A stretch of DNA of 64,000 nt. Source: Octopus vulgaris. Taxonomy: Eukaryota. Shown piece by piece: positions 14,935 through 29,872 of the stretch (positions are counted from its first letter, which is position 1; every line of letters begins with the position of its first letter). Location of the stretch: positions 210,862,001 to 210,926,000 of the forward strand of contig OX597814.1 of assembly GCA_951406725.2 (NCBI GenBank). Direction: 5' to 3'. The translations under genes were made by a program, and so were the position numbers. The notes beneath the pieces were generated by a model. That model did no database searches. It was not told the DNA's origin and saw only the letters and a list, made by a program, of their open reading frames with translations.

Positions 14935-15172
14935 CAATAGTGAAATTCGCATATAAAATTTATTCTCCATATAGAGCCTGACATATAGATCGGTTATATA
15001 TTGCAACAAGGTCATGCGGTATTTATCTTGATATGAGTTTACTCTGTCGAGCACATTGACTGTGTTGCATGTGCCCAGTGTACCCTTATCAGACAAGTAA
15101 TCATGATGTGTATCCTGAGCTTCATATATTTTACTCCAGTGTCAATTTGATTGCACACATTGCTCTTCTACT
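14935..15172 (-). repeat. Unclassified interspersed repeat, partial copy
   Basis: tgtacccttatcagac..gtaatcatgatg..ccagtgtca.tttgat.gca matches 33105-33560 and the reverse complement of 40951-41498. Confidence 0.7.
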
Positions 15173-15431
15173 CAATAATAATAATAATAATAATAGTTAT
15201 AATGGTTATAATTTGTATTTCTTTAGCTGTATTTATTTATTTATAGTAATCTAATGATAGTAATCTAATAGTAATTTGAAGTTAGTTGTCGCGTAGAAGA
15301 AAATATTAAATGAAACAGTATGAACAGAAACGAAGTGTCTGAAATCTGCTCATTAAAAATAAAAGAACAATATTCTTTCAATTCATTTCCATTAACTTTG
15401 TAGTTATTTTTATGTTCTTAATCCTACTCAC

Positions 15432-15440
15432 ATGTCCAGC
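15432..15440 (-). other. Candidate 9-nt microexon (GCTGGACAT)
   Basis: Minus strand ccttatcttttttgcag|GCTGGACAT|gtgagt: strong acceptor and donor, frame-preserving. Confidence 0.35.
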
Positions 15441-16320
15441 CTGCAAAAAAGATAAGGTATATAGTGAATACTTTCTTTAACCAGTGGGTTACGGAGTTGC
15501 AACATGAAATGCTACGAAAATTTGAGCAAAACGAATTAGTGTATTGAAACTTGAAAACTGTTGCCTCATCTAGAGAAGATAATTAGTTAACCTGAAACTC
15601 CCAGGGGACTATTATGCGATAATTACATACGTAGTTGACCTTCACGGGGCAAAATTCATTTAATTTAAGCAAGGCATTTATTCAGTTGTAGATCTCTATA
15701 TTTAATTTGAAGTTAAATGGAAGTATAAGGAATATATATATATTAGATACAAAGGAACTGACATTTTCCATTACTGATCTAAAGCTATGAATGAAAAGGC
15801 CTTATGTTTATCTTGTGATAACCTTCAGAGATATTTTTATTAGTGATCACTCACTTTCGCATCCGAGGTTGAAGACAGGTGTCTTACTAAGAACATGGTT
15901 AATGTAAATATGACAGGGAATGTAAGAATTGCAATAAATATTAATCAACTGTGAGGAGTGACAATATACAAAGATTGGAATGTACGTCAAGGACGAAGCA
16001 ATTACTTTTATATAAAACCGGGAAAAATCTTCCGTTATCAGGGTAATTTGCTAGGAAATACACTAATCTGTCTACTTCATTCTCACTCTCTTTGTGACTC
16101 GTGTTGTTTACGTATTTCATGTTATTTGCACCGTTGGTCACGCCCTGTACCCATATATTCCTGTATATGTATATACTTATTATATATATTATTTATTATT
16201 TATTTAATTGAACACGATGCTTCCATTTCCAAGTAAGTTTATATACATACATATATATATACATACATATATATGTATACATATATATATGTGTGTGTCT
16301 GCGTCTGTGTGTGTGTATGT

Positions 16321-16453
16321 GTTACTTACCCACCACATAGTTTCGGGTTCAATCCCACTGTGTGGCACCTTGAGCAAATAAGCGTCTTCTACTATAGCAT
16401 CTGGCTGACCAAAGCCTTGTGAGAGAGACGGAAACTGAGAGAAGTCCGTTGAT

Positions 16454-16514
<61 letters not shown>

Positions 16515-16688
16515 GTGCATGTGTGCTTGTTTGTCTCCCAACAATGCCTGACAGCCGATGGTGTGATTACGTCCCCGTAACAATAGCGATTCAGCAAAAT
16601 AACCGACAGAATAAGTACTAGGCTCATAAAGATTGAGTCCTGCGTTGCTGCAGTCAAATGACTGAAACAAGTTCAAGAATAAAAGAAC
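16321..16688 (+). mobile_element. tRNA-derived SINE family A, diverged copy
   Basis: B-box-like gggttcaatccc, internal TA/TG microsatellite, tail gcagtcaaatgactgaaacaag; a second decayed 3' piece follows to about 16920. Confidence 0.8.
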
Positions 16689-18382
16689 ATCTTTATGTAT
16701 GTGTGTCTATGTCCGTACTTGTGTCACACCACCATTTCATAAACGGTGTGGGTTTGATTATATTTTCGATATACAGCGGGTCGGCAAAAGATACTACAGA
16801 ATAAGTATTAGATTTGAAGAAATATGAACTATGGTACCTATTCCTTGAATTAAAATTATTCAACAGGTTGTGCCTGTATAGCTGCAGACTCGTAACTGTA
16901 AATCCAAATTGAAATATAAAAGATTACTCATGCTAAAATGACATATATTCCCGATAAATTGGAACAGCCACATTCACACGTACTTATAGAAATACCTAAA
17001 CATGTTTATATTCGCACGTTAATTCAAGTCCACACATTCCCACAAAATAACTTTTACTTTCTTCATCGATAAGCATATGAAATATATCTTACGCTGTTAG
17101 AGACCGGCTTGAATTATTCAAAGAATTCAAACATCGATAAAAACATTCATTTATCCATTCTCGATGTTTGAAATGCGAATTAAGTATTAATTTTATTGCT
17201 ACTATGATCATAATATCTTAATATTCAATCGAATATATTTGATTAAATGACTTTATTTTGCTAATAGTTTCTTTTGTTTCTGATGATTCGAAAGTTTGTG
17301 TTGATATTCATTATAACTAATGAGTAATTATTTAATTAATTATTGTTTTTCGTAATTAACACCTGAATTTGAAATTTAAAAATACTATCACTATACATTT
17401 CCATTTTCTTTTATTTTGGCTATTTTTTCTACCCTCAAAGTGCTACTCGGTAATAAATTGAATAATCATTCTTGCAGACAACAAAATATCTGTTAATTAT
17501 GCTAGTAATGAGAGTTTATTAGGTGAGAAAACTAATTAATATGTTAGCTCACTTATACCATCTGCAATATGTAAAATAAAAAATATCTAAATAAGATTTG
17601 TTTCTCGAAGCTGAACATTAATTTGAAAGTTCAGTATATAGAGGTAAATTGAATGTATCTTGCCAAATGCCTCCAACTGAACAATAAAAAATACATGAGG
17701 AAAACTGCGATTATTATTAGCAAGCAAATTCCCAGGAAGACGAATAAATAAAAATCAATAATTTTGTTTAAATAAATACATTTCTATTTTAGTAAATAAA
17801 AGTAAATAGGGTATGTAGCATGAAGATTAAATATCATTAATTACAGATAAAATATAAATTGTGGCTAAATAGTAGTAATGAAGTAAATGATAAATATACT
17901 CACAGTAGAATTAGGCGTCCTACATCATTTTTAAATCACGCCATGTAATAGAAGTTAGTTAATATCTAAGAATATTACTAGCTAGGGTGGGAATCTGGAC
18001 ACAAAATACACCTGATAATGAAGTAATGCTGGCTTTTTTCTATTCTTTCCCGAAAGATATCGAGAGGTTGATCCCTTCATTCTAAGTATGTTCAATCATG
18101 TGACCTGTACCTCAACAAAACATGGCTGTCATGCGTATATTTATTCGCATGCACTAGACATACTGCCTTCAACTACATCCACAACCACACATGCAAACAC
18201 ACGCACGAACACACACACACTCACAATGACAACAACAACAACAACAACAACATGCACCCAAACACACGTGCATGCATGCACACTAACACACTTTCTTTCT
18301 CTCTCTCTTTCTTTCACTTAGATATATATATATATATACATATATGTGTAAATATAGATAATTTTCCATCTATCTGTCTATT

Positions 18383-18429
<47 letters not shown>

Positions 18430-18468
18430 GTACGTATATATACATATTATGTATGTATATATATACAC

Positions 18469-18516
<48 letters not shown>

Positions 18517-18603
18517 GTTTGTGCACTTGTGTGTGCCCACGCGTGTGTGAGTGTGTGTGTTTGTGTGTGTGAGTGTGTGAGTGCGTGGATATGTATGTAT
18601 ATG

Positions 18604-19980
18604 TATCACTCTATGGACCAGGCCATAAGATATTATACATTACTGGTCACAATGCCATTCAAAGTCTTTCTTCATTGCGCTTTTCTTTTCCATCTTGTTC
18701 CTAATCACTTAATTAAATCGCATCCCCATCGTTGTCGCGAACTTCAAGTGGCTTTTTTCGATCTCTCTAGGACATCACGGGTAAATCAACGGGCCATTCT
18801 GTTGTCAATGACCTTTGTGAAATGTCCCTCCAAGCGGAAATTGTGTCATCGACATTCTGCCATGATATCGTACACCTCGCTCCGTTCTCGAATTATCTCA
18901 TTTTGTGTATGCGCACTTGATGATATTCTATGCATAGTTGTTTCCACACTGTTTTGTGCTGCAGCCAATCAAATTTTCCAGCTTCTGTGTAGCTCACGTC
19001 ACACTTGCAAAATTGGTCACATTTGGACAGTGTCTTTGAAGACACTAACACGTATGTGTTTCTCTATCTTAGCTTTGACCACATTCTTTATTGAAATAAA
19101 CACTTTTCACACAAAGCTTATTATTCTCGTGAGTTCAGGATCCTTGTCTTGGAATGCATTAACGGTGTGCCATAAGCCTATATATTCCTTTAGCTCCCCT
19201 CTCCCATTGCTTCTCACCTGTATTTGATGACAGTGTGCTATATTTCCGGACGATATGTACAGTGAATTCTTGCTGTTCACTTTAAGCTCTAATATTGAGC
19301 TATGTCTGTTTAGCTCTGCCAGCATGGTTTGGAAATATATATAGTATAATGTCATTGTTAAACGATGATGTGTTAGCATGAAGCCACAAGTCCAGTCGAT
19401 GACTATTTTTAGACACGCATTGTACAACTTTGGACAGATGGTATCTCCTTGTTTCAGGCCCTCCACAATTCTGATTTCAACTGACGGTGCATCAAGAGTT
19501 TGCATGCCTTTGCAATTTGATATATTGTACCTCGGCACTATGCATTTTCCCAGATTTCAGCGTTGCATTAAGCTCAACGTTATTGAAGAGCAATTGTCCA
19601 TCTACACTGGTAATCCAACAAATGTTAGCGAAGTCGATGAATCTGAAGAATCTTACCAAAGGATTTGCCAGCTCATAAATGCACTTACGCGGTGCTGAAG
19701 GGAATTTCAAACGCTAAGGTTAGAAAACAGTTTTGCGGGAAGAAAAGTGAGTCTGAAATGTCAATCAGGAGAGAACAACAAAGAAAAGACGTTTGGGTAT
19801 CGTGGCAAAAGAAAGAAAATGTTGGCAGTGGGAACAGCCTATTTAAGAATTTATCTCATAGGGGATGGAGTGGGATAGCTCGGGAACCTCAGCTCAAAAA
19901 TAAAATTGAATCCACCCTGGTCGAGAAACTAAGCATACAGCAGGGTTATCTCGATGATAATGGCATTCAGCACAGACAAT
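18604..19980 (-). mobile_element. Decayed RTE-clade LINE (RT region to 3' end)
   Basis: GLKQGDTICPKLYNACL matches RTE G.RQGD.ISP.LF; downstream remnants resemble WAGH..R and KR..GRP..RW.D; frameshifted. Confidence 0.75.
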
Positions 19981-20045
19981 GAAGGTGATCATCGCTTTTT
20001 ACTGGCGAAATCAAAAAGAAAATTGTACTGCCCATATTAAAGGAA

Positions 20046-20091
<46 letters not shown>

Positions 20092-21440
20092 GCTTCAAGA
20101 TTAGCTGGTTGACAATCTTTGAACAATGATACACAAGAAATTCCAGGTTGCATATGAAACTGCCCATACTCTGTGCAGTGGAAACACGTAATAACCATAA
20201 AAATATTCTGTATGAAATCGTAAAAGAAATTGATTTTGAGGACAGACAATTTACCACATTTTATGTAGTTATAATTATTGTTCATATCCGCTAGAAATAA
20301 TATTACCATTCAGGGAAGTGAGCATGGAATTATACTTCGGAGGAATATACAGCGTGAGTGATATTTCGTAGTAGTCATAGTCGGTAAATACTAATCGATG
20401 TGGTTAGCCATAAGCGGGAACATACCAGAGAGCCAGCACTGTATCCGCAAGGACAATATGTCCCTCTAAGCTCACATTAACACACACACTCACACACACA
20501 CATGCGTGTCTGTGTGCGTATGTTTTTGTGTCTATATGTGGGTTTCTGTTTCAATGTACGTACGAGTATGCAGAATGTGTGATCTACCTCATATCTGTTT
20601 TGATTATTTGTTGTTCTCCGCCTGTGTTATGTGAACAAACACACGAGCACAAAATAGAAAATACAAGCATAATGCCTCTCGCTCGCGTTGTCATGCCGGT
20701 AAAGAGTTAAAGTCTCCCATAACTGTAATTACTTTGAACTGTCACTTGATATACTGACGTTATCTTAATATTCAGAAATTTCTGAAAAACATTTCTCACT
20801 TTCCAAACACACTCATCCGGAATTGTCAGCGGGCCCCCTTTTTTGCGCTGTAAAATCTAATATAATATATCAGCATCATTAAGGACAGATGTCAGAAGAC
20901 GAAACTTCTTGCAAGCTTCCTACACAAATCGCTTAGATGCATTCTACAACCGTATATTTCTTCGTTTCTGTAATTTTAGTTTCGTTCTAATAAGAAAGAA
21001 CAACTGGTATTTATTTCATAGCGCTAAACTAAATTTATTGACGTGTGCTTCAATGTGTCCTATTCTCTGTGCATTGAGTTTCGTTATTCTTTATGAACTA
21101 AAGTTAATCTATTGTCAAGCTCTGAATACATATATTTGCAGTAAATACTTGATACGCTATTAGTTGAGCATTGCATGGAAAGGTAATTTCCAAGGAATTT
21201 ATGTAAATAACCGCTTAGCGGGATATTTTCTTTAGCTTTTAGTCGACATTACTTTCTTTATCTTATTGCTACATCAACAACCTTCACGGCTAATTCAGCT
21301 TTTGCAGCACTCGTGCACACACATCTACACATCTACACATTTACAGACTCTCACACGCATATATACATATATATGTGTGCAGTTGTTGTTGTTGTAGATA
21401 CATTTATGTGCGTTTGTGTATGCATGTGTACGCGTGTGTG

Positions 21441-21489
<49 letters not shown>

Positions 21490-23484
21490 TTATACATATA
21501 CAATTTCATATAAGATTCTTTGGAAACAAATCTTACATATGGTTTTGCTGCTATTTAGAATTAATATTATTTCGATCTGTTTGATTTTATGAACAAACAG
21601 AAAACAAATCTGTAGGGAATGGAAATCCGCATTGCGAGTTATATAGAAATAAATTAACAACAACATCAGGTTCAAGGAAAATGAAATGATGATCTACATA
21701 TTGTAAAGTACAACAGATTGCATTTGTCATTTATAAAGGGAAAATTTATAATCTTCGTTTTGTAGTAGTTTATATTCAGACGTCAATAAGCAGCGCCTCT
21801 CGAATTAAATTTTCATTTATTTTCGTTATTTGTTCCCTTTCACTGAAACATATTTTTCTTCCTATAAACCCCAAGTAAGAAATATTTCGAAGTAATAAAA
21901 ATCAATTACTGTTTCTGAGAACCAATCGATTTAATGAACAGCTGTTAATCTAATCTTCTTGACCAAAATTGTTCCAGATGAATACCTATTCAATTAATTT
22001 TCTATCAGTCAATTTAGTAAAGAATAACCAAGCAAATGTTGAAGAAAAAATTAAATCGAGGAAAAATGTACTGTATTTACTTTCTTTTCGTTTTCAAGTG
22101 GAAATAAATATATCTTTAAATTCCATAAGCTTGTGTTGCTATTCTTGGTATTTACAATTGAAATGGAAAGTAAAAAAAGACGATTGGAACTATTAATATG
22201 AAGAATTCTTGGTGCTAACTGATGTAGCGATATATTCAGTGAATTAAAATGTGATATTTATTGATTTATCAGAAAACACGTTTATCATGTATTCCAATAC
22301 GTATGTGTATTCACAAGCCGTACATACATGTATACGTGTGCTTATATGTATAAATTAATATATAGGCATGTATGTATGTATATATATATATATATATAAA
22401 CACACATACGTACATATATACACATACACATGTATATATGTGTGCGTGTGTATATGTATCGTTTGTATGCATGTATGTATGTTTATATGTATGGGTGTAT
22501 GAATGCATGTATGTAAAAGGACGTACAGTATATAATATGCATGGTAAGAACGCAAGGGTCAAAATGTGCGGTATGAAATTTCCTTCGAAAATATTCGATC
22601 TCGGTTCAATTCATGTAGGTGCCATCTTAATTAACTACTATTAAGTTATTATCCATAAACTTATCTTTGTCTCTCAATTTATACTTATGATTAATGTTTA
22701 TTAGATAGAAACTGTGTAAAAGCCCGTTGGTGGTAGGGGACCTTTGCTAGCATGTACTAAGATCAAACCTCCAGTACGAAGATAAAATCGTTCTACTGAC
22801 CTCTCAGTGTTATCTTGAATGTCTAATTACAGTTCACTCTGAGAAGGGCATTAAATAAGCACAAGTATATTAAACTTAACTTTCAATTGTTCTATGTGTT
22901 TATATAGCGCAGTATGTGGGTGTTTCTATAGATGTGAGTGTGTATACTCGTATATAACAATTTTCAAACCGAAATTATGTCGTACCATATCGGATAATCA
23001 TCACTATCATGTATATAGCAGCCAACTTTACCACAATAAACATGTTATACTTTCTGCTGCTGATGATTCTATACGGCATTATATATTATATTTTCTCGTG
23101 AGATTTAATGTAATCATTAGCGTTATTAATAGAATCTATCCTATTAGTGTTTAAAACAAATTATGGTGACTCCTTATTTTGAATGCCCGTCATATTCTTC
23201 ACGAACTTTTATTTGTTTATAATTTCACAAACATAATCCTCCCGACTCCATGTTAAAACTTCTTCAGAAACACTTTAAGATCATTCAGTAATACGTATAT
23301 GACATAGAAAACATTCAGCATCTTCCAAATGAATGTGCATTACATAGAGGTATGAAAATTATAGATATTTATTTATTCTGATACCAGTACCCTGAGGTTA
23401 TACATGGCTTTATAAAAATTATCGTATTAACATACAAATGGATGAATAAAAGATGTGATACATGAAGGACAGAGAAGAAAGATA

Positions 23485-23857
23485 TTCTTTTCTACTCTAT
23501 GCACAAGGCTCGAAATTTTTTGGAAAGGAATCAATCGATTAGATCAACCCCAGTACACAATGGATGAAAGGCAAACTCGACCTCGGCGGAATTTGAACTC
23601 AGAAGGTAGCGGCAGACTAAATACCTATTTCTTTACTACCCACAAGGGGCTAAACACAGAGAGGAAAAACAAGGACAGACAAATGGATTAAGTCGATTAC
23701 ATCGACCCCAGTGCGTAACTGGTACTTCTTTAATCGACTCCGAAAGGATGAAAGGCAAAGTCGACCGCGGCGGAATTTGAACTCAGAACGTAAAGGCAGA
23801 CGAAATACCGCTAAGCATTTCGCCCGGCGTGTTAACGTTTCTGCCAGCTTACCGCCT
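23485..23857 (-). mobile_element. tRNA-derived SINE family B (full copy 23628-23857 plus a partial copy with a different tail)
   Basis: Head ggcggtaagctggcagaaacgtt..gagttcaaattcc; central gcctttcatcctttcggagtcgat; homologous to 44264-44492. Confidence 0.85.
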
Positions 23858-24689
23858 TGGAGAGGAGAAAAATATTGTTTCCTCACATGCAATATATATT
23901 AGCTTGGAATGTTACTTAATTTAATTTCTGTGCAATTGTCACTGTGGTCTAGAATGCTTATGAATTTGGTATAAACAGGTCGATGCAATTAGAATACACA
24001 TATATATTTGTGCTGAACCGTCTGGTATTAACTTATGCCGATTTTTCGATTACCAAAATATAAGTTATGGATTTAGCTAAATATGCTTCTAATAGTTGGG
24101 ATTTAAATTTAATTAAATATTCATATATTTATATTTTATTTACCTTAGGAAAATAGATCAGTATTAAATGTCACAATATATTTCCTTTAAATAAAGCTAC
24201 TATTGTTTAATAACGTAAACAAATGAATATAAATATGTTATCTCTTATGCGAAACCTATTATATGAGTATATGCCACAGTAAATTAAGTCACAATGATTC
24301 ATAAGTATTGTTTAACATTGACTTTTTAACAAATTAATAAATTCGATTAAGCAAAATAATTCATTTACTCAAGTGAATATATATTTATATAAATCATACA
24401 GTTTTGCGTATTGGGTCTTTTGAGATTTCTTTTAATACGTATATTTATAACGAAGCTGTTTGATATTTTAAGTAATATAATTCAGGCGAATTAAATCATT
24501 TCACGTTAAAGTCGTAAATTTTAAATGAAATATTGATATCGGGGTGGCCATATATATCATATGTTCAAATATATACACATACTCACACATGCCTAAGTAT
24601 ACCATTATTTTTGTGTGTATATATATTTAGAAACATACATATGTATGTGTACACGTACGCACACGCACACGTAGCAGAGTACAGTATAA

Positions 24690-25600
24690 ATCTCGTCCAC
24701 CTTCAGATTTCACCCTGTTCTATTCACTAGTAGTATCGAACGTATTTTCAGATTTGCGTTTGGGTTTCTCTAGTGTTAGAGACAACAAAAAGGAGTACGG
24801 TTGGACATTTATTTGCTATCACTATAATTGTTTCTACGCAACGTATTCCGCCAGGTGTGTAGGCGTTATGTGATTTAACCGTTTACCTCCATTATAAGAT
24901 CTAGTTGTGTTTCTTCGTACGATGTATAAATATTGCCTTTGTAAATTCAAATTCTTGGCTTCAAGAACATCCTATTCGTCTGTCGTGGCCTGGAGTTAGT
25001 AGTCGCCACTGAGTGTATCAAAAGATCTGTCGTGTGTGAAGGTTCGTTGGCAAACCGCTTTCAAGGTCATAATTGAGTGGGATGTTGGTTTTGCTACTGT
25101 TAAAAGAGATTGGCATTTGATTTCTTTGGACTGTTGATTTGTTCTTCATAGTTGGTTATACTTGCGATTACCCTTATAAATTCTTGAAGCTGGGTATATT
25201 GAGTGAGATAGACAGATATAAATGTCTGTCTTTCTCACTTTAATATGCCTAGGTGGCCCATTTATATACTAAATACCGACTCAATCCATTACTTTAACAT
25301 GAACGCATCAAAATGGTGCCTGGATCTACGTGGAGTTTACCGAAGGGTCTATACTTTCATGGAAGTACAGACCACCCTTCATATTTCCTGAAAAATATGA
25401 ACCGTGAATGTTATATTCCTGTCTTATTCTACTTTTATTCTTTACTCTTCTGTTATATTTCTTATAAACTGAATTTTCCTGTCTAGAACTTTCATACATA
25501 CTTAACTTGTCTCTGATGACAGGAAACCCTGTGTACGAACATACTAGCGTATCACATGGGATAACCCAGAGACAGCTGCAAGACTTCAAATGCACTTAAC
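24690..25600. mobile_element. Penelope-like element fragments in opposite orientations
   Basis: Minus part with KAIFIH-like end and terminal segment 24700-24780 shared with 4314-4390; plus part WIY..LPKGL followed by a hammerhead remnant. Confidence 0.4.
25509..25584 (+). ncRNA. Degenerate type I hammerhead ribozyme with extended stem II
   Basis: gtct-CTGATGA-..ccctgtgtacg..cgtatcacatggg..-GAGAC-agct-GCA-agac; perfect stem I, two core substitutions. Confidence 0.6.
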
Positions 25601-25696
25601 CCTAATTAAATTATTCTAAATGACTTGAGATACTCGTCCTGCTTTGGTTTTTGCTGCCCTTTTTCCTCTAATATAATATATAGATTTACATTTATA

Positions 25697-25776
<80 letters not shown>

Positions 25777-26865
25777 CGGAAGGCCTAAGTGTTGCATATA
25801 TGTCAAGCTAACTGAAGGATCGGAATTCTCCTTCAGCGTTGGCGTTTTACTGTGACAAACAACTTCACATGTGCTTCGGAAAACCTAGTGTATGTATGAA
25901 ATTGCTCAGGGTGTCAAGAACAACATATTAGTCAAACTAAATATAATCTACGCTAGATGTTGACGTTACATACATCCCAGATTAAAATACGAGAATACAG
26001 AAAAATAGGATTAAGGGAGCACATCGATATTTGCACCACCAACGAACAACCTAACGTTAAAATTTTTTCCTCTCTATAAATTCAGCGACAATGCAACATT
26101 TAATCAGCGCATTAACAGAGAAACATATTTTATAGCAAAATATAAACCTATTTTAAATGCTGCTACCACCACAGATGAAACTACTATAAGTATTTAGAAC
26201 AATTTCAAACACTACTGCTACAACCACGACGCGTCACATTTAGGTCATTTGACCATTAAAGAAGATTCCACAAACAATTTATGGTATCACAGCACACCTG
26301 ACTTCTCGTTTATGTTCTATTCTTCCTCCTTCTACCTTTTCTTTCCCTACTCCTACTTCTCTACCACAGACATCTTCTCCTCCCCTTCTTGTTTCTTCTC
26401 CTTCCTCTTCATCTGTTTGTTTTCTTCTCTTTCTTCTACTCCTCTCTCGGCTACTCTTGCTTAAATCATGAATTCTCTGTAACCAAACTATTCCTTTAGA
26501 TTTATTACTAACCACCTACGTGGCAATCACAAAAAAACAGAGGGAGAGAGAGGGAGAGAGAGAGAGAAACGGTGAGACAGACAGACATACTATCTGAAGA
26601 CTATGGAAATATATACCTATTTAAAGACTTTGGAAATATCTACAAAACATTTTACTTGATATTTTTCCTCCAATTTAATTGTTTTTTCTTATTTTACTCT
26701 TAGTTGAAAGAGTCTAAAAGGCGGAAACCGGTAGTAAAATGTACTTCATGATTAAATTATTTTAGCATTTTCCACCTTGTCTTATTTTCCTTATATACGT
26801 GTATTATATATATATATATATACACATTTTGAATACTGAATATCAATTATATTTCTGATATATTT

Positions 26866-26924
<59 letters not shown>

Positions 26925-27094
26925 TATTTTGAATACTGAATATCAATTGTATTTCAGATATATTTGACTATTTCATTTATCATAATTCAAACACTATATT
27001 TCACAACAGCTTCCATGTTTCTATCGCAACAGAAGTATCATTTAAATGGAGCAAAAAAATAAATATGAAGAAAGAAAAAACTGTTTGAATGAGT

Positions 27095-27481
27095 TTCTCT
27101 TTTTTCTCTATTACTTGTTTCAGTCAGCTGACTGCGGCCATGCTGGAGAACCGCCTTTAGTCGGGCAAATCGCCCCCAGGACTTATGCTTTGTAAGCCTA
27201 GTACTTACTCTATCGGTCTTTTTTGCCGAACCGCTAAGTTACGGGGACGTAAATACACCAGTACCGGTTGTCAAGCGATTTGGGGGGGGGGGCAAATACA
27301 AACACACAAATATATACACACACATGCATACATATATATATATACACATATATACGACGGGCTTCCTTCCGTTTCCGTCTACCAAATCCACTCAAAAGTC
27401 TTTGATCGGGCCGAGGCTATAGTAGCAGTCACTTGCCCAAAATGCCACGCAATCTAGTTACCACACAGCCACTCCTGCGCC
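27095..27481 (-). mobile_element. tRNA-derived SINE family A, deletion in head
   Basis: Homologous to other family A copies; lacks the B-box segment. Confidence 0.9.
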
Positions 27482-27515
27482 TATAATCATAAATTATATA
27501 TACATATGTATATAA

Positions 27516-27554
<39 letters not shown>

Positions 27555-28144
27555 ATATATATTTATTATATATATATACATACATATGTAACATACAACC
27601 ATAAAAATATACATATACTCAAATTTATGCAAATATTCATACTCCCGTACACATATGTCTGAGTACGTCTATATGACTGGTCAGTCATCAGAATTGTATA
27701 TAGAGCACGTTACAAACACTCTCATGAGAAATATGCATAAACAGATATATATACGTATATCTTTGTACAACTTATATGTAATTATGTACATCAAATATGT
27801 ACACGCACGTGTGTTTGAGCCTAGGAGCTAATAAATGCGTGTATAATGTGTACATTTCTGTGTGTGTTTACGCGCGCGTTAACATACATACAGGTGAGTA
27901 TCCTTTGCCGATTTAAATCGCAAAATTGTGGAATTAAGTTTCGCTACACCAATAGATTTAAAATATATGTACAACACTGTCAATCACTAGTTGGCAAAAT
28001 AAGAAAGCTGGCTCCTTTTCAATACGCATGATTTGTTCTTATATTATGCGTTACCGAATACAATGTTTATGTATTAAACATCATATTTAACCATAATTCA
28101 AAGTGCTTTAGTTAAAATTTTACTTCCTGTCTTAATGAAATATG

Positions 28145-28206
<62 letters not shown>

Positions 28207-28396
28207 TGTATGTATGTATGTGTGTAAGTATATTTGTATGCATGACTATATATATATATATATATATATATGCTGAGAAAGTCTTGTATAAGCAAGTAAA
28301 ATGATAGTAACATGTCGAAAACCTGATAGATTTATTCAATTGTAATATGATGTATGCAGCAAGCAATTCTATTGAAAGTCGAATACATTTTGAATA

Positions 28397-28813
28397 CTCT
28401 TTACTCTTTACTCTTTTACTTGTTTCAGTCATTTGACTGCGGGCATGCTGGAGCACCGCCTTTAGTCGAGCAAATCGACCCCGGGACTTATTCTTTGTAA
28501 GTCCAGTACTTATTTTATCGGTCTCTTTTGCCGAACCGTTAAGTGACGGGGACGTAAACACACCAGCATCGGTTGTCAAGCAATGCTAGGGGGCCAAACA
28601 CAGACACACAAACATATACACACACACTTATATATATATATACATATATACGACAGGCTTCTTTCAGTTTCCGTCTACCAAATCCACTCACAAGGCATTG
28701 GTCGGCCCGGGGCCATAGCAGAAGACACTTGCCCAAGATGCCACGCAGTGGGACTGAACCTGGAATCATGTGGTTGGTTAGCAAGCTACTTACCACACAG
28801 CCACTCCTGCGCC
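28397..28813 (-). mobile_element. tRNA-derived SINE family A, full length
   Basis: Head ggcgcaggagtggctgtgtggtaag..ggttcagtccc, internal CA/TA repeat, tail (gtaaaaga)n. Confidence 0.92.
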
Positions 28814-29380
28814 TATATCAATTATATTTGACTGTTTCTTTTATTATAATTCAAACACTATATTTCTCAACAACTTCCATATTTATATCGCAACAGAAAT
28901 ATCATTTAATTGTATGGAGCAAAAAATAAACTTGAAGGAAGAAGAAACTGTTTGAATGAATAATCATAAATTTTGAATTTTATAAAATTTCAAGACCTAA
29001 AATATTTTACAAAATTATGGTTTGTTTCAGTATTTAACCAAAAAAAAAAAAAAAAATGCTATCGTTGTTTTAAAATTTACATTCCATTAATTATCACTTG
29101 TGTCATATATTTTGAACTTGTCATATTTCACATTCGGTAAAGTAAATTTTGTGTCTTACAATGTTACATGTTCTATTTGTACAGTTCTATTTTTGTATTT
29201 TGTTTATTAGAAAATAGCTCATCCCATTGTAACAGATGTAGGCAATTTTATAATATATGATTATATAATATATGATTATATAATATATGATTATATAATA
29301 TATATATGATTATGTGCTTATGTACGCATACACATATACATATAGACACACACACACGCACACACTCAACCACACACAGA

Positions 29381-29803
29381 GGAGTGGCTGTGTGGTAAGT
29401 AGCTTGTTTACCAACCACATGGTTCCGGGTTCAGTCCCACTGCATGGCACCTTGGGCAAGTGTCTTCTACTATACCCTCGGGCCGACCAAAGCCTTGTGC
29501 GTGGATTTGGTAGATTGGAAACTGAAAGAAGCCCGTCGTATATATGTATATATATATATATATATAGATGTGTGTGCGTGTATGATTGTGTGTCTGTGTT
29601 TGTCCCCCCAAGCATTGCTTGAAAACCGATGCTGGTGTGTTTATGTCCCCGCCACTTAGCGGTTCGGCAAAAGGGACCGATTGAATAAGTACTAGGCTTA
29701 CAAAGAATAAGTCCCGGGGTAGAGTTGCTCGATTGAAGGCGGTGCTCCAGGATGGTCGCAGTCAAATGACTGAAACAAGTAGAAGAGTAAAAAGGGTAAA
29801 AGA
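29381..29803 (+). mobile_element. tRNA-derived SINE family A, full length
   Basis: A-box-like tggctgtgtgg, B-box-like ggttcagtccc, same body and tail. Confidence 0.92.

Positions 29804-29872
<69 letters not shown>

Noticed and set aside
18469-19227. 252-aa plus-strand ORF
   Set aside because: Starts in a TA/TG repeat and runs antisense to the RTE LINE relic
29248-29312. 15-bp AT-rich tandem repeat, about four units
   Set aside because: Simple slippage-type minisatellite
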